A DNA stretch of 64,000 nt from an uncultured Chthonomonadaceae bacterium (GTDB lineage: Bacteria; Armatimonadota; Chthonomonadetes; Chthonomonadales; Chthonomonadaceae). The notes beneath the pieces were generated by a model. That model searched no databases and was not told the DNA's origin. It worked only from the letters and a program-made list of their open reading frames with translations. Position 1 is the first letter of the stretch. Every line of letters begins with the position of its first letter. Below are positions 50,533 to 61,249 of the stretch, one piece after another. The stretch covers positions 150,877 through 214,876 of the forward strand of contig CAWFQB010000010.1 of assembly GCA_963817895.1 (NCBI GenBank), read 5' to 3'. The position numbers and the translations under genes are program-made.

Positions 50533-50658
50533 GAGATACGAGATAGGAGATACGAGATACGAGTATAATGCCTATTTTACTCAATGTTCCCCTTGAAGAA
50601 AATCAACTTCCTGTTCTGAACTAACATCTCGTATCTCGTATCTCCTATCTCGTATCTC
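50533..50658. repeat. Inverted pair of GAGATAC repeats
   Basis: GAGATACGAGATAGGAGATACGAGATACGAG versus CTCGTATCTCGTATCTCCTATCTCGTATCTC (perfect complement). Confidence 0.92.
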
Positions 50659-50677
50659 TCCTGAAAGGATACCAACC

Positions 50678-50875
50678 ATGCCACTGCCGAAACGACGACA
50701 CTCCAACCAGCGCACGCGCAAGCGGCGCACGCACTATAAACTGACGCACCATCCCGCGCTCGTGCCGAGCTTTGAAAAGCCGGGCGAGTTCACCCTGATG
50801 CACCATGTAGACCCGTCTACGGGGAAATACAAGGGTCGTCAGGTCTTCGCCGCGCCGGATGAAACTCAGGGATAA
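50678..50875 (+). CDS. rpmF: 50S ribosomal protein L32
   Basis: MPLPKRRHSNQRTRKRRTH...GKYKGRQV. Confidence 0.95.
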   Translation: MPLPKRRHSNQRTRKRRTHYKLTHHPALVPSFEKPGEFTLMHHVDPSTGKYKGRQVFAAPDETQG

Positions 50876-50876
50876 C

Positions 50877-51995
50877 ATGACAGCCGCTCCGACTTCAACT
50901 CAGACGGCAGCGCAGCCGACCATACCCGCCGACGTTGACGCGACTCGCAATGCGGTTCGCAGCGTGGCTGTGGACGCGATGGGCGGCGACAGGGGCGCGG
51001 GCGAAGTAGTGCGCGGCGTTGTCGCCGCCGCGCAAAACTCTCGTATGCGCTACCTGCTTGTCGGCGCGCCCGATGTGTTGGAGGCGGAACTGGCGCAGTG
51101 CAAGCCGCGCCCGGACAATATCGAGATCGTTCCGGCCACGCAGGTCATTGAAATGACCGATCAGCCGACAACCGCGTTCAAAAAGAAGCCGGACGCCTCC
51201 ATTGTGGTTGCGGCCCGATTGGTGAAATCAAAGCGGGCGGACGCGCTTGTCAGCATTGGCAATACGGGCGCGGCAATGGCGGTATCGCTGCTCACATTGG
51301 GGCGCATTCGGGGCATTGACCGCCCCGCTATCGCCACGCCCCTGCCGTGCAGTTCCCGGCACGGCACGACGATTTTACTGGATGCGGGCGCGACGGTAGA
51401 CTGCGACCCCAACAATTTGTACGAGTTTGCCCTGATGGGGGCTGTATACGCCGAAGCCGTGTTTTCTATTCCCAACCCCACTGTCGGCCTGCTGTCCAAT
51501 GGCGAGGAGGACACCAAAGGCAACGAACTGGTGAAGCGAACCCGCGCCCTGTTTCAGCAGGCGGCGAACGGCGTGAATGGGCAGGTCCCGTTCCAATACT
51601 ACGGCAACGTGGAGGGCCGGGACGTGTTTCGCGGCACAACCGATGTGGTTGTCTGTGACGGCTTTGTCGGCAACGTGTTCCTGAAAGCCAGCGAGGGCGT
51701 CGCGGAAATGATTATGGGGCTGCTCAAGTCGGAACTGAGCGACAGCGCGTGGAAAAAGCCGCTTGTCGCGCCCCTGCGTCCCTCCTTGCAGCGCGTGAGG
51801 GGCCGCATTGACTATTCCGAGCGGGGCGGAGCGCCCCTGTTAGGCATCAACGGCATCTGCATCATCGGGCATGGCCGCTCCAACGCTTATGCGGTCACAA
51901 ACGCCTGCCGCGCCGCCGAACGCGCCATCGAACACGACATCATTGACCTGATCCGCAAGCGCGTGTGCGACATGCCTTCGCCGCCACCCGTTTAG
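50877..51995 (+). CDS. plsX: Phosphate acyltransferase PlsX
   Basis: VDAMGGD, GNTGA, LDAGAT, GNVEGRD, DGFVGNV, GGAPLLG. Confidence 0.96.
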   Translation: MTAAPTSTQTAAQPTIPADVDATRNAVRSVAVDAMGGDRGAGEVVRGVVAAAQNSRMRYLLVGAPDVLEAELAQCKPRPDNIEIVPATQVIEMTDQPTTAFKKKPDASIVVAARLVKSKRADALVSIGNTGAAMAVSLLTLGRIRGIDRPAIATPLPCSSRHGTTILLDAGATVDCDPNNLYEFALMGAVYAEAVFSIPNPTVGLLSNGEEDTKGNELVKRTRALFQQAANGVNGQVPFQYYGNVEGRDVFRGTTDVVVCDGFVGNVFLKASEGVAEMIMGLLKSELSDSAWKKPLVAPLRPSLQRVRGRIDYSERGGAPLLGINGICIIGHGRSNAYAVTNACRAAERAIEHDIIDLIRKRVCDMPSPPPV

Positions 51996-51998
51996 GAA

Positions 51999-52117
51999 GT
52001 GGCTAGTGGTTAGTGGCTAGTGGCTGGTAAAAAGCCATTCCAGCATCGCGCAGCCAATAGAAACAGGCAAAGAGTATTGTCGCAGGAACTAGCCACCAGC
52101 CACTAACCACTAGCCAC
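51999..52117. repeat. Inverted pair of GTGGCTA repeats
   Basis: GTGGCTAGTGGTTAGTGGCTAGTGGCTGG versus CTAGCCACCAGCCACTAACCACTAGCCAC. Confidence 0.9.
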
Positions 52118-52137
52118 TTTTCGAGAAGTTTCCGCTT

Positions 52138-53124
52138 ATGCAAAACGCAGGCATTGCCGGGTTGGGAATGTGCGTTCCCAACCGAATTTTAACCAATGAA
52201 GAACTGGCGCAGACGATTGACACCAATGACGAGTGGATTGCCAGCCGGACGGGAATACGGGAACGGCGCGTGGCGGACGCGCAAACGGCCACTTCCGATC
52301 TGGCGGTTGTGGCGGCGGAAAATGCGCTTGCGGACGCGAACATCAGAGCGGAAGACCTTGATTTAGTATTGTGCGCGACCACTTCAGGCGATTACATCTG
52401 GCCCGCGACGGCCTGCGTGGTGCAGCAGCGCATTGGAGCGACGCGAGCGGCGGCGTTCGATCTGGGCGCGGCGTGTTCCGGTTTCTGTTATGGACTGGCG
52501 ACAGCGGCGGGATTTATACAGTCCGGCGCGATGCGGCGTATTTTGGTTATCGGCGCGGATACGCTGACCAAGCAACTGAACTGGCAGGATCGAGGAACGT
52601 GTATTCTGTTCGGGGATGGCGCGGGCGCAGCGGTTATCACGCCTTGCAGTGAGGAAGAGGGTATTTTCGCGTCGTCACTGGGCGCGGATGGCAGCGGAAT
52701 AGAAAGCGTGTGGATACCGGCAGGCGGAACCCGTACCCCCGATACGCCCGAAGTGATGGAACAAAAGTTGAACTGCATCAGTATGCGCGGGCAGGAAGTG
52801 TACAAATTCGCGGTTCGCATCGTGCCGGAAGTTGTGGGGGACGCCCTGCGCAAAGCCTGCCTGCATCCCTCCGACATAGATTTACTCGTACTGCATCAGG
52901 CCAACATCCGCATTGTCGAATCCGCCGCGCAACGCCTGAACATTTCGATGGATAAGGTAGTGGTGAATTTAGACCGTTACGGCAACACGTCCGCCGCGTC
53001 CGTACCCCTCGCCCTCGCGGAAGCGCAGCAACAGGACCGAATCAAGCGTGGCGACATCGTTGTAACCGTCGGATTCGGCGCAGGCTTAACGTGGGCCGCC
53101 AACATCATCCGCTGGAATCGCTAA
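52138..53124 (+). CDS. fabH: Beta-ketoacyl-ACP synthase III
   Basis: AACSGF, HQAN, GNTSAAS, GFGAGLTW. Confidence 0.96.
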   Translation: MQNAGIAGLGMCVPNRILTNEELAQTIDTNDEWIASRTGIRERRVADAQTATSDLAVVAAENALADANIRAEDLDLVLCATTSGDYIWPATACVVQQRIGATRAAAFDLGAACSGFCYGLATAAGFIQSGAMRRILVIGADTLTKQLNWQDRGTCILFGDGAGAAVITPCSEEEGIFASSLGADGSGIESVWIPAGGTRTPDTPEVMEQKLNCISMRGQEVYKFAVRIVPEVVGDALRKACLHPSDIDLLVLHQANIRIVESAAQRLNISMDKVVVNLDRYGNTSAASVPLALAEAQQQDRIKRGDIVVTVGFGAGLTWAANIIRWNR

Positions 53125-53146
53125 ACGAGTAAAAGGAGAGAAAACC

Positions 53147-53362
53147 ATGTCTCTGCCGGAACTGATTGCCGAAATAAAAACCTTGTCTCGCGCCGACAAA
53201 GCCTGCCTGATGCAAACTCTGCTGAATGATTTAGTTGAAGACAACACAAAGTTGGCTCAATCGCTTGGATTCTGGGAGCTGCGAAGTTCCCCTGAAGCGG
53301 CGTTCGCTCTTCAACAGATGTTCAAGGAGGAACTTGCAAAAAATAAGGCGGGCGCGACATGA
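53147..53362 (+). CDS. Small hypothetical protein
   Basis: AAGGAG RBS; LSRADKACLMQTL...EAAFALQQM. Confidence 0.7.
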   Translation: MSLPELIAEIKTLSRADKACLMQTLLNDLVEDNTKLAQSLGFWELRSSPEAAFALQQMFKEELAKNKAGAT

Positions 53363-53520
53363 GGCTGACTGCGCGTTTTGATTACGCTCAACAGGAATTA
53401 GCGGATATGAAAACGGATGTTCTTCAGGAAGAGTTGGCGCGATTACTTCCGCCCGGTGATTATGCCATTTGGTCGCCGTATGACGCTTACGAAGCGGCAG
53501 ATATTATGCAGATATTATGA
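53359..53520 (+). CDS. Small hypothetical protein (53 aa; not in the ORF track)
   Basis: ATGA-coupled; MRLTARFDY...YAIWSPYDAYEAADIMQIL. Confidence 0.55.
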   Translation: MRLTARFDYAQQELADMKTDVLQEELARLLPPGDYAIWSPYDAYEAADIMQIL

Positions 53521-53827
53521 AGAAAGCAACGCAATGATACAGCGCAAATGTTTGCGTGTTAAGGTCAGGCCAACTAAAGTTCTGATTGTCACAATTCCGG
53601 GCAGATGGAAAGACTTTGGACAGTCCGGCACATGGACGACGGATAAATACCTCGTGCATACTAATAAACTGGGTTTTGCTGAGTTCACGGTGTTTACGTC
53701 CGGTAGCGCAGCTGATATGTACCGTTTGAAACGACAAGAACGAGAAGCAAGCCGTCAGGCGCAGCAACCGTTTATTTTGTTGCGTCCTGCTTTTGCGCCA
53801 ACAGTGTCATCGAAAGAATAGTGCAAC

Positions 53828-54784
53828 ATGGGCAAAGTGGCTTTTTTGTTTCCGGGGCAGGGTTCGCAAAAAGTGGGAATGGGACGCTCGTTTTATGACC
53901 ACTTTCCGCAGGCGCGAACGATCTTCGATCATGCGTGTCAGACGCTCGGCTTCGACCTGCGGCATTTGTGCTTTGAAGGCCCGGAAGACGAACTGAAACA
54001 AACGGAAAACGCGCAGGTCGCACTCTACGTTACCAGTATTGCCGCGTGGCGGTGTTGGGAAGCGTGCGTGAGCAACTGTGTGCCGGACGCGGTTGCGGGG
54101 CATAGCGTGGGCGAGTATGCGGCTCTGGTGGCTGCCGGTTCGCTGGACTTTGCCGATGGCCTGACACTGGTACGCAAACGCGGCGAACTGATGCGCGACG
54201 CGGCGCAAAAGACAACCGGCACAATGGCGGCGATTTTGGGACTGGAGGCGGGCATGGCGCGGGAAGCCTGCAAGGAAGCCAAAGATTCCGGCGCGGGACT
54301 GGTCACGGTCGCCAACCTGAACGGCGGCGGGCAAATCGTGATTTCCGGCGAAACCCTCGCGGTGGAGAAGGCAGGCGAAATCGCCAAATCAAAGGGCGCG
54401 AAGCGCGTGATTCCCCTGTCCGTATCCGGCGCGTTCCATTCGCCTCTGATGGTTTCGGCGGGCGATGCCCTCTTCGCGTCCCTGTCCACAACCGCATTCC
54501 GCAAGCCGACCGTGAAAATCGTGTCCAACGTTACGGCGCAGTTTGTAGAGATGCCCTCTGACCTGACGGGCGGGTTGACGATGCAGGTCAGCGGAACCGT
54601 GCGCTGGGAAAAATCCATGCGCCTGCTGCTGAACAACGGCTTTGATACGTTTATTGAATTGGGCAGCGGTGACGTGCTATGTGGTCTGATGAAGCGCATA
54701 GACAAGTCCGCGACCACGTACAGCGTGCAGGACGCAGCCAGCGCGCGGGAAACCGCGATTATTTTGGATAAACTGCCGGAATAA
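53828..54784 (+). CDS. fabD: Malonyl-CoA:ACP transacylase
   Basis: FPGQGSQ, GHSVGEY, VSGAFHS. Confidence 0.96.
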   Translation: MGKVAFLFPGQGSQKVGMGRSFYDHFPQARTIFDHACQTLGFDLRHLCFEGPEDELKQTENAQVALYVTSIAAWRCWEACVSNCVPDAVAGHSVGEYAALVAAGSLDFADGLTLVRKRGELMRDAAQKTTGTMAAILGLEAGMAREACKEAKDSGAGLVTVANLNGGGQIVISGETLAVEKAGEIAKSKGAKRVIPLSVSGAFHSPLMVSAGDALFASLSTTAFRKPTVKIVSNVTAQFVEMPSDLTGGLTMQVSGTVRWEKSMRLLLNNGFDTFIELGSGDVLCGLMKRIDKSATTYSVQDAASARETAIILDKLPE

Positions 54785-54789
54785 AACTG

Positions 54790-55533
54790 ATGAACTTACA
54801 GAACAGAGTGGCGATTGTAACGGGCGCGGGGCGCGGCATCGGACGGGCGATTGCGCTGACTTTGGCGCAGTCCGGGGCGCAGGTTGTGGTAAACTACAGC
54901 CGTAGCGCGGAAGCCGCTGAAGAAGTGGTCGCGCAGATTGCCGCCAATGGGGGCGAAGCCGTTGCTGCGCAGGGGGATGTGGCGGACGCGGCGCAGGTAG
55001 ACGCGCTGGTGAATGTCGCTGTAGAACGGTTCGGGCGCGTGGATATACTCGTCAACAATGCGGGCATTACGCGGGATAAACTGATTTTGCGCATGAGTGA
55101 AGCGGATTGGGACGCGGTTCTGGATACCAATTTGAAGGGCGCGTTTTTATGCTGCAAGGCCGTTGCGCCCCGGATGGTGAAGCAGAAAAGCGGCGTAATC
55201 ATTAATGTCGGCTCGGTCAACGGCAAAGTGGGCGCGGCGGGACAGGCCAATTACAGCGCGTCCAAAGCCGGATTGATTGGCCTGACCAAATCGCTCGCCA
55301 AAGAACTGGGTTCGCGCAACATCCGTGTCAACGCGGTTTCGCCCGGATTTATCGAAACGGACATGACGGACGCGCTCAAAGACGAGCAGCGTCAGGCCGT
55401 GATAAAGCAGGTTCCCCTGGGTCGGTTGGGAACGGGCGACGATGTGGCGCAGGTTGTCGCGTTTCTGTGTTCGGACGCCGCCGCGTACATTCAGGGCGAA
55501 GTGATTGCCGTAGACGGCGGCTTGTTTATGTAG
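54790..55533 (+). CDS. fabG: 3-oxoacyl-ACP reductase
   Basis: TGAGRGIG, NNAGITRD, YSASK. Confidence 0.96.
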   Translation: MNLQNRVAIVTGAGRGIGRAIALTLAQSGAQVVVNYSRSAEAAEEVVAQIAANGGEAVAAQGDVADAAQVDALVNVAVERFGRVDILVNNAGITRDKLILRMSEADWDAVLDTNLKGAFLCCKAVAPRMVKQKSGVIINVGSVNGKVGAAGQANYSASKAGLIGLTKSLAKELGSRNIRVNAVSPGFIETDMTDALKDEQRQAVIKQVPLGRLGTGDDVAQVVAFLCSDAAAYIQGEVIAVDGGLFM

Positions 55534-55553
55534 TTGAGCAGCAAGGGGGAGCG

Positions 55554-56184
55554 GTGAGATTATCTTTACAGTTTGTGGTCGGTTTGAGTCTGCTGACGGC
55601 TATCCTCGCGCCAGTTGTAAATGCGCAGAAATCACCCAAACGTTAGCACGTCCTCGGAAGGCGTGAAGCAGAGGCAGGAAGAAAAAGAACCGCCCCCGCT
55701 GGCAAATGGCACACCCGCCCCCGATTTCATCGCAACGGACATGAACAACAAGCCCGTGAAATTGTCCGACCTGCGCGGCAAAGTGGTCGTTATTGATTTC
55801 TGGGCCAGTTGGTGTCCGCCGTGCAATGCCGCTATGCCGCACAATCAGGCCGTGATAAAGAAGTTAAAGGCGCAGGGCTTGCCGGTCGTGATGCTTGCCG
55901 TAGACAATGGCGATGGCCGCGCCGATTTTGAAGGCTGGGTGAAGCAGAGGCAGGCGAGTTTGTCCGCCCTGAATTTTGTCTTCGTTTCGACAAAGGAAGA
56001 CCTGAGCGGCAAGAAGTTTCAGGTGTCCGGCATCCCGACGCAGTACGTACTGGACAAAAAAGGCGTAGTTCGCGCTTCGTTCGTGGGTTTTGACAAACCG
56101 AACAACGATCTGGAAAATGCCGTCCGCGCCGCGCTGGGCAAGACCGGAAACGCGAAAGCAGCGATTGCGCGGGGCAAAAAGTAG
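55554..56184 (+). CDS. Exported TlpA-like thiol:disulfide oxidoreductase (frameshift near 55630)
   Basis: FWASWCPPC, GIPTQYVLD; signal peptide from GTG 55554 lies in another frame. Confidence 0.8.
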
Positions 56185-56220
56185 TTACACACTCGAAAGC
56201 ACACAAGGAGAGAATTGAAC

Positions 56221-56457
56221 ATGAGCACATTTGATCGCGTGAAGAAGGTTCTGGTGGAGCAGTTGGACGTGGATGAAGAGGCGGTAACGCAGAACGCTTC
56301 CATCGTGGACGATCTGGGCGCGGATTCGCTGGATGTGGTGGAAATCATCATGGGGCTGGAAGAAGAATTCGACGTGGAAATCCCCGACGAAGACGCGGAA
56401 AAGATTACCACTGTGCAGCAGATCATTACCTACGTCGAGGAAAAAGGCAAAGGTTAA
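56221..56457 (+). CDS. acpP: Acyl carrier protein
   Basis: [21 protein letters not shown]. Confidence 0.97.
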   Translation: MSTFDRVKKVLVEQLDVDEEAVTQNASIVDDLGADSLDVVEIIMGLEEEFDVEIPDEDAEKITTVQQIITYVEEKGKG

Positions 56458-56481
56458 GTCGGTCCGGGTGAGGATTGCATT

Positions 56482-57750
56482 ATGAACGCAGAAAGTGCGA
56501 GCGCAAATCAGGCGCGCCGCGTCGTCATTACGGGTGTCGGCGCGGTGACGCCCATCGGCCAATCGGCGGAAACCTTCTGGAAGGCGTGTCTGGCGGGCTG
56601 TTCGGGCGTGTCTCCCATTACGGGTTTCGACACGACCGGATATTCCACGCGCTTCGCGGCGGAAATCAAGGACTGGAACGCCGCGCCCTATATGGACAAA
56701 AAGGACGCCCGCCGCATGGCGACGTTTATTCAGTTCGCCGTGAAAGCCGCCTGCATGGCGGTGGAAGATTCCGGGCTTGTCATTAATGAGGAGAACCGGG
56801 ATCGTATCGGCGTGTACGTCGGTTCGGGTATCGGCGGTATCGGTATCATCGAGGCGCAGCACCAAATTTTGCTAGAAAAAGGGCCGGACCGCGTCAGCCC
56901 GTTCATCATTCCCGGCATTATCTGTGATATGGGTACGGGCATGGTGTCCATTGTGCTGGGAACGCGCGGCCCCAACGCCTGCATTACGACGGCCTGCACG
57001 ACGGGAACCAACAACATCGGCGAAGCCTACCACATCATTCGGCGTGGCGACGCGGACGCGATGGTGACGGGCGGGGCCGAGTCCAGCATTTCCCCGCTTG
57101 CAATGGCGGGCTTCTGTCAGGCCCGCGCCCTGTCGCAGCGCAACGACGATCCCGAACACGCCAGTCGTCCCTTCGATGGCGACCGGGACGGCTTTGTGAT
57201 GGGCGAAGGCAGCGGGATTCTGGTTCTGGAAACATTGGAAGGCGCGAAAGCGCGGGGCGCGAAGATTTACGCGGAAATCGTCGGCTACGGCTCGACGGGC
57301 GATGCGTACCACATCACCAGCCCGCCCGCCGATGGCAATGGCGCGATCCGCTCCATGCAGGCCGCGCTCAAATCCGCGAACATGCAGTCCGACGAAGTGG
57401 ATTACATCAACGCGCACGGCACGTCTACGGAACTCAACGACAAGACCGAGACGATGGCGATTAAAACCGTTTTGGGCGAACACGCCTACAAAATCCCCAT
57501 CAGCAGCACCAAATCCATGACCGGGCATCTGCTCGGCGCGGCGGGCGCGGTGGAAGCCATTGTGTGCGCCCTGTCCATCCGCGACGGCATCGTACACCCC
57601 ACCATCAATTACCAGACGCCCGATCCGAATTGCGACCTGGACTACGTTCCCAACCAGCCGCGCAAAGTGAAAGTGGATGTCGCCCTTTCCAACTCCTTCG
57701 GCTTCGGCGGCCACAACGGAACCCTAATTTTCAAGCGTTGCGAGGCGTAA
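56482..57750 (+). CDS. fabF: Beta-ketoacyl-ACP synthase II
   Basis: [30 protein letters not shown]. Confidence 0.97.
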   Translation: MNAESASANQARRVVITGVGAVTPIGQSAETFWKACLAGCSGVSPITGFDTTGYSTRFAAEIKDWNAAPYMDKKDARRMATFIQFAVKAACMAVEDSGLVINEENRDRIGVYVGSGIGGIGIIEAQHQILLEKGPDRVSPFIIPGIICDMGTGMVSIVLGTRGPNACITTACTTGTNNIGEAYHIIRRGDADAMVTGGAESSISPLAMAGFCQARALSQRNDDPEHASRPFDGDRDGFVMGEGSGILVLETLEGAKARGAKIYAEIVGYGSTGDAYHITSPPADGNGAIRSMQAALKSANMQSDEVDYINAHGTSTELNDKTETMAIKTVLGEHAYKIPISSTKSMTGHLLGAAGAVEAIVCALSIRDGIVHPTINYQTPDPNCDLDYVPNQPRKVKVDVALSNSFGFGGHNGTLIFKRCEA

Positions 57751-57768
57751 AAGGAGAGCAAAGCACAG

Positions 57769-57933
57769 ATGAAAAGAGAAACTAAGTTTCACAAATTGTT
57801 GTTTTGTTTTGCCAGTTTCTTTACATGCGAGTTCTGCGTAAGTTCTCTCAAGAAAACCGTGAGTACCGCTTTTCTGAATACTTGCAGCATACCCATGACT
57901 CCGACTGATGCTTTTGTATATCGCTACGTATAA
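57769..57933 (+). CDS. Small Cys-rich peptide 1 (54 aa; not in the ORF track)
   Basis: AAGGAG RBS; MKRETKFHKLLFCFASFFTCEFCVSSLKKTVSTAFLNTCSIPMTPTDAFVYRYV. Confidence 0.7.
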   Translation: MKRETKFHKLLFCFASFFTCEFCVSSLKKTVSTAFLNTCSIPMTPTDAFVYRYV

Positions 57934-57961
57934 AGTTTCGTGACAGGGAGGTGAATCGCAG

Positions 57962-58156
57962 ATGAAAACAAATTCCACACTGCGCAAACTACTGTTTTGT
58001 CTCGCCAGTTTCTTCACATGCGAGTTCTGCCTGCCCTCCTTCAAAAAAGAGGACCGCCCATTCTTTGTGAACATCACGGCACGATACCTTTATCTGCCTG
58101 TAATATTATTACACTACTATGATGAGAATGGACGGATGCTGTTAATTTATGAGTAA
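57962..58156 (+). CDS. Small Cys-rich peptide 2 (64 aa), paralogue of peptide 1
   Basis: GGAGGTGA RBS; MKTNSTLRKLLFCLASFFTCEFCLPSFKK... Confidence 0.75.
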   Translation: MKTNSTLRKLLFCLASFFTCEFCLPSFKKEDRPFFVNITARYLYLPVILLHYYDENGRMLLIYE

Positions 58157-58233
58157 AACATGGTTGAGGCGTCGGTATTAGCAGCCCACCTTCCATGCGC
58201 AAATGACATATTGCTGCCCCTGCTATCAACTAC

Positions 58234-58750
58234 TTAAATGTTGGCGGCGCGGGACTCGGTTTCGCCTATGACGAATACCATTGCCAGCGCCAGCGCGATT
58301 TTGAGCAGGGACATACCCATCGCCAATGCGCCGATAAGCGGAATGGCGAACGAAAAGATGAACCCGCCGAGCAAGCCAAACGCGCCATCCAGAATTTGCA
58401 GGAAGCACAGCACGTTGACAATGCCGCGCGCCAGTTCCACGCGGGCAATCAGGCCGATGCCGACAAGAATGGTGACAACGGCGAAAACGATGCTGATACT
58501 GCTGAATAATCCGCCGGGGTGTTTGGACGTGAGCGCGGCTGCCACATCATAACAATCCGCTCACAATCCACCATCCCGCAATGCCGTAATACGCGGGCCA
58601 GACCCATTTCAGATTGAGTGGCTCACCCGGCGTTTCCTCCTCGTCCCCTACAGAACGGCGTTTCGGCGCAGTCGTAAAGGCATTGCCGCAAAACTGGCAT
58701 TTCCCCGCCCCATTCGGCAGAGTGGCGTTACATTTTGGACAGTTAATCAT
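58234..58750 (-). CDS. Zinc-ribbon membrane protein (frameshift near 58548)
   Basis: CPKC...CQFCG followed by four hydrophobic segments across two ORFs. Confidence 0.7.
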
Positions 58751-58909
58751 CGTCGCCCTCCCTCTTCTCCCTGCGTTATGCCATGAATTAGTCTCAATCC
58801 GTCCAAAAACGGTGCTGATTGGGATGAGCGCGTCTCCACGCCCGATGCTCTTCGTGGACATGCTCCCCCGCATATATCGGAGATACGGTAGCGGCAGCCA
58901 GCAGTATCA

Positions 58910-59140
58910 TTACGACAGCAGCCAGAGGTCCCACCAACGCGCTTCCCCGGTTCGGATGTCGTACACCACTGCGGCCAAACAGAACAACGCGAATCCGCTA
59001 AAGCATAGCAAAATGCCTGCCGAAGCGTTGCCTGCAATACTTAAAAGCCACGCGCCGCAAAGCAGGATGCAAAAGGCAATGCTTCCTGCCAGAACCAACA
59101 CGGACTTTGATTTCCTGCAATGCTGCGGTTTCATCTGCAT
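58910..59140 (-). CDS. Small two-TM hypothetical protein
   Basis: Two hydrophobic segments; 3' end may be frameshifted. Confidence 0.45.
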   Translation of the reverse strand: MQMKPQHCRKSKSVLVLAGSIAFCILLCGAWLLSIAGNASAGILLCFSGFALFCLAAVVYDIRTGEARWWDLWLLS

Positions 59141-59163
59141 TGCCTGTCTGTTGCGCGCTCACA

Positions 59164-59658
59164 TTAAGCGGTCAGGGATGCAAAATGTGGTTTTAGGACC
59201 AGGTTGTACCCCGATTGATTTGCGGCTGCTGTTGCGGCGGGGGCGCGAGGACGGAAAGCGGGTAGGTGGCAATCAGTTCGCCGTCCGCGTACACTTCCGC
59301 CTGATAGACGCCGTGTTTGGGAAGCGGGAGGGATTGCAGGTTCAGGCCGATTTGCAGGGTCGCGAAACTGGCGGTTTTCAGGCTGCGCTGAACGCCGTTC
59401 CAGTCGCAGGGCAGGTTGGGCGAATTGAAAATCGCCTCGCCGTCCGGCCCGATGAACTTGAAACACCAGTTCGCGCGCCTGGGGCGTGGTCACGCGCAGG
59501 CACATCGCTACCGCCACATTCACCAGAACCGGCAACTGCTGCGCCATCAGCGCGGAATAAACGCCGATAAGGGATTGCTTGCTCGTCTGCGCTTCGGTAA
59601 TCACCTGGTCGCACAGCACAAAATAACTCACTTGAATGTCGTTGTCTATCATTGCCAT
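59164..59658 (-). CDS. Hypothetical protein (DUF6941-like), frameshifted
   Basis: FVLCDQVITEAQTSKQSLIGVYS; frame lost near 59460; 3' end uncertain. Confidence 0.55.
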   Translation of the reverse strand: MAMIDNDIQVSYFVLCDQVITEAQTSKQSLIGVYSALMAQQLPVLVNVAVAMCLRVTTPQARELVFQVHRAGRRGDFQFAQPALRLERRSAQPENRQFRDPANRPEPAIPPASQTRRLSGGSVRGRRTDCHLPAFRPRAPAATAAANQSGYNLVLKPHFASLTA

Positions 59659-59741
59659 GTTGGTTTCTCCTGTCGCGTTTTCGCAGTCACTTATTTTGGC
59701 TGTCCTCATTATAGGCGAATAGCGGGGATTTTGCAACCGAA

Positions 59742-59770
59742 TTGACGTTTGTTCCGTCTTGCACTATAAT
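59742..59770 (+). promoter_or_regulatory. Sigma-70 promoter
   Basis: TTGACG-N17-TATAAT upstream of 59829. Confidence 0.7.
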
Positions 59771-59828
59771 GTAGAAAGAAATCGGCAGACGAGCAGGCGA
59801 CGTTGCGCCGGCATTCAGGAAGAAGCGC

Positions 59829-61163
59829 ATGGACTTGTTTGAGAAAATCAATCGCTCGTTCGGCTCGTGGTACGAGGGGCTGTTCGGGGGCGGCAGTGAC
59901 GACGTGCGGCCCAAAGACATTCTGCGCCGGATTCTGGCCGCGATGGAAGACAACCGCAAGGAAGGCTTCGACAATCGCGTGTACGTGCCCAACCAGTACG
60001 TGCTGGAAATCAACGTCCATGACGACGAGGAGAAAGACTATCTGCTGTCGTTTCTGGATCGGGGCGAACTGGAATCCGCCATCCGCCGCTACTGCAAACA
60101 GAACAACTATGTGATACGCGGCGCGCTGGATTTCACCATCAAAGAAGTGGACGATCCCGAACTCAACGACAAAAAGGGCGAGAAAGTCCGCGTTCGCTGC
60201 CGCTACAATACCAAAATCACCGGCCCGGAAACCGCTCCGCCAGCTTCGGCGCGACGAACCATTTGCGGCGGCAAGCGGCGGTCGCGGGCGCGTGGATACG
60301 GACGGCGAAGACCGCACGGTTGCCAGCGTGTCCCGGCAGATGGAGGAAGAGGAGGGCGGCACGGTTCCCTTCCGTTGCCCGCGCCGCGCTCGTAGTCTAT
60401 GCCCCGGATCGCCCGCCGTTTCGCTACGCCATCGCGCGCGGCAATGTCACCATTGGACGCTCCAAATCCGGCAACGACCTGACCGTAGACAACGACGGGC
60501 AGATTTCCAAGCGCCATGCCCGCATCGAACTCGACCCGGACGGCAAATTCACCCTGTATGATCTTGGCAGCACGAACGGCACGAAAGTAAACGGGCGGCG
60601 CGTGGAAAACCGAACGCTCAACGATGGCGACGAGATCACCGTAGGCGCGACCCGGCTTGTGTTTCAGCAGTCCCGGCCCGCGGAAATGGAAGCCGCAGTC
60701 GCAATTGGAGGACGAGGAGATGGGCACCGTCGCCAGCGTGGCAACCCGCGCGCCCGCTCCGCAAACCGGTACGCAAAACGGCCTGGCGTCCACGCCCCGC
60801 GCTCCCCTGCGCGATGACGAGGGCAGTTCCGGCCCCGCTCCGCCCATCCGCTCCCTGCGCAATCGCACCGCGCGCCTCGTGCTGACCAACAAAGGGCATG
60901 ATGTGGATGATTTTCTGCTGGCTTCGGAAACCGTGATCGGCAGGGGCGTCACCAACGACATCGTTCTGCCGGATCGCTCCATCGCCACGCGCCACGCCCG
61001 CATCATCAACGACGGCGCGGACTACACGCTGGAAAGCCTGGGCAACGCCGTCACCACGCTCAACGCCCTGCCCATGCCCGCCGGCCACGCCCAACCCCTC
61101 AAAGACGGCGACCGCATCGGCCTGGGCGAATTGCTGCTGCGCTTTGAGAGTGGGCAACCATAG
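59829..61163 (+). CDS. FhaA-like protein (DUF3662 plus two FHA domains), several frameshifts
   Basis: VRPKDILRRILAAME...YVPNQY; TIGRS...ISKRHARI...DLGSTNGTKVNG; VIGRG...IATRHARI. Confidence 0.8.
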
Positions 61164-61168
61164 AAGAA

Positions 61169-61233
61169 GTGAGAGTGAGAGTGGAGAGTGAGAGTAAATA
61201 CTTGTTCGTCTCACTCTCACTCTCACTCTCACT
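61169..61233. repeat. Inverted pair of GTGAGA(G) repeats
   Basis: GTGAGAGTGAGAGTGGAGAGTGAGAGT versus CTCACTCTCACTCTCACTCTCACT. Confidence 0.85.
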
Positions 61234-61249
61234 TTCTGAAAGTGACACA

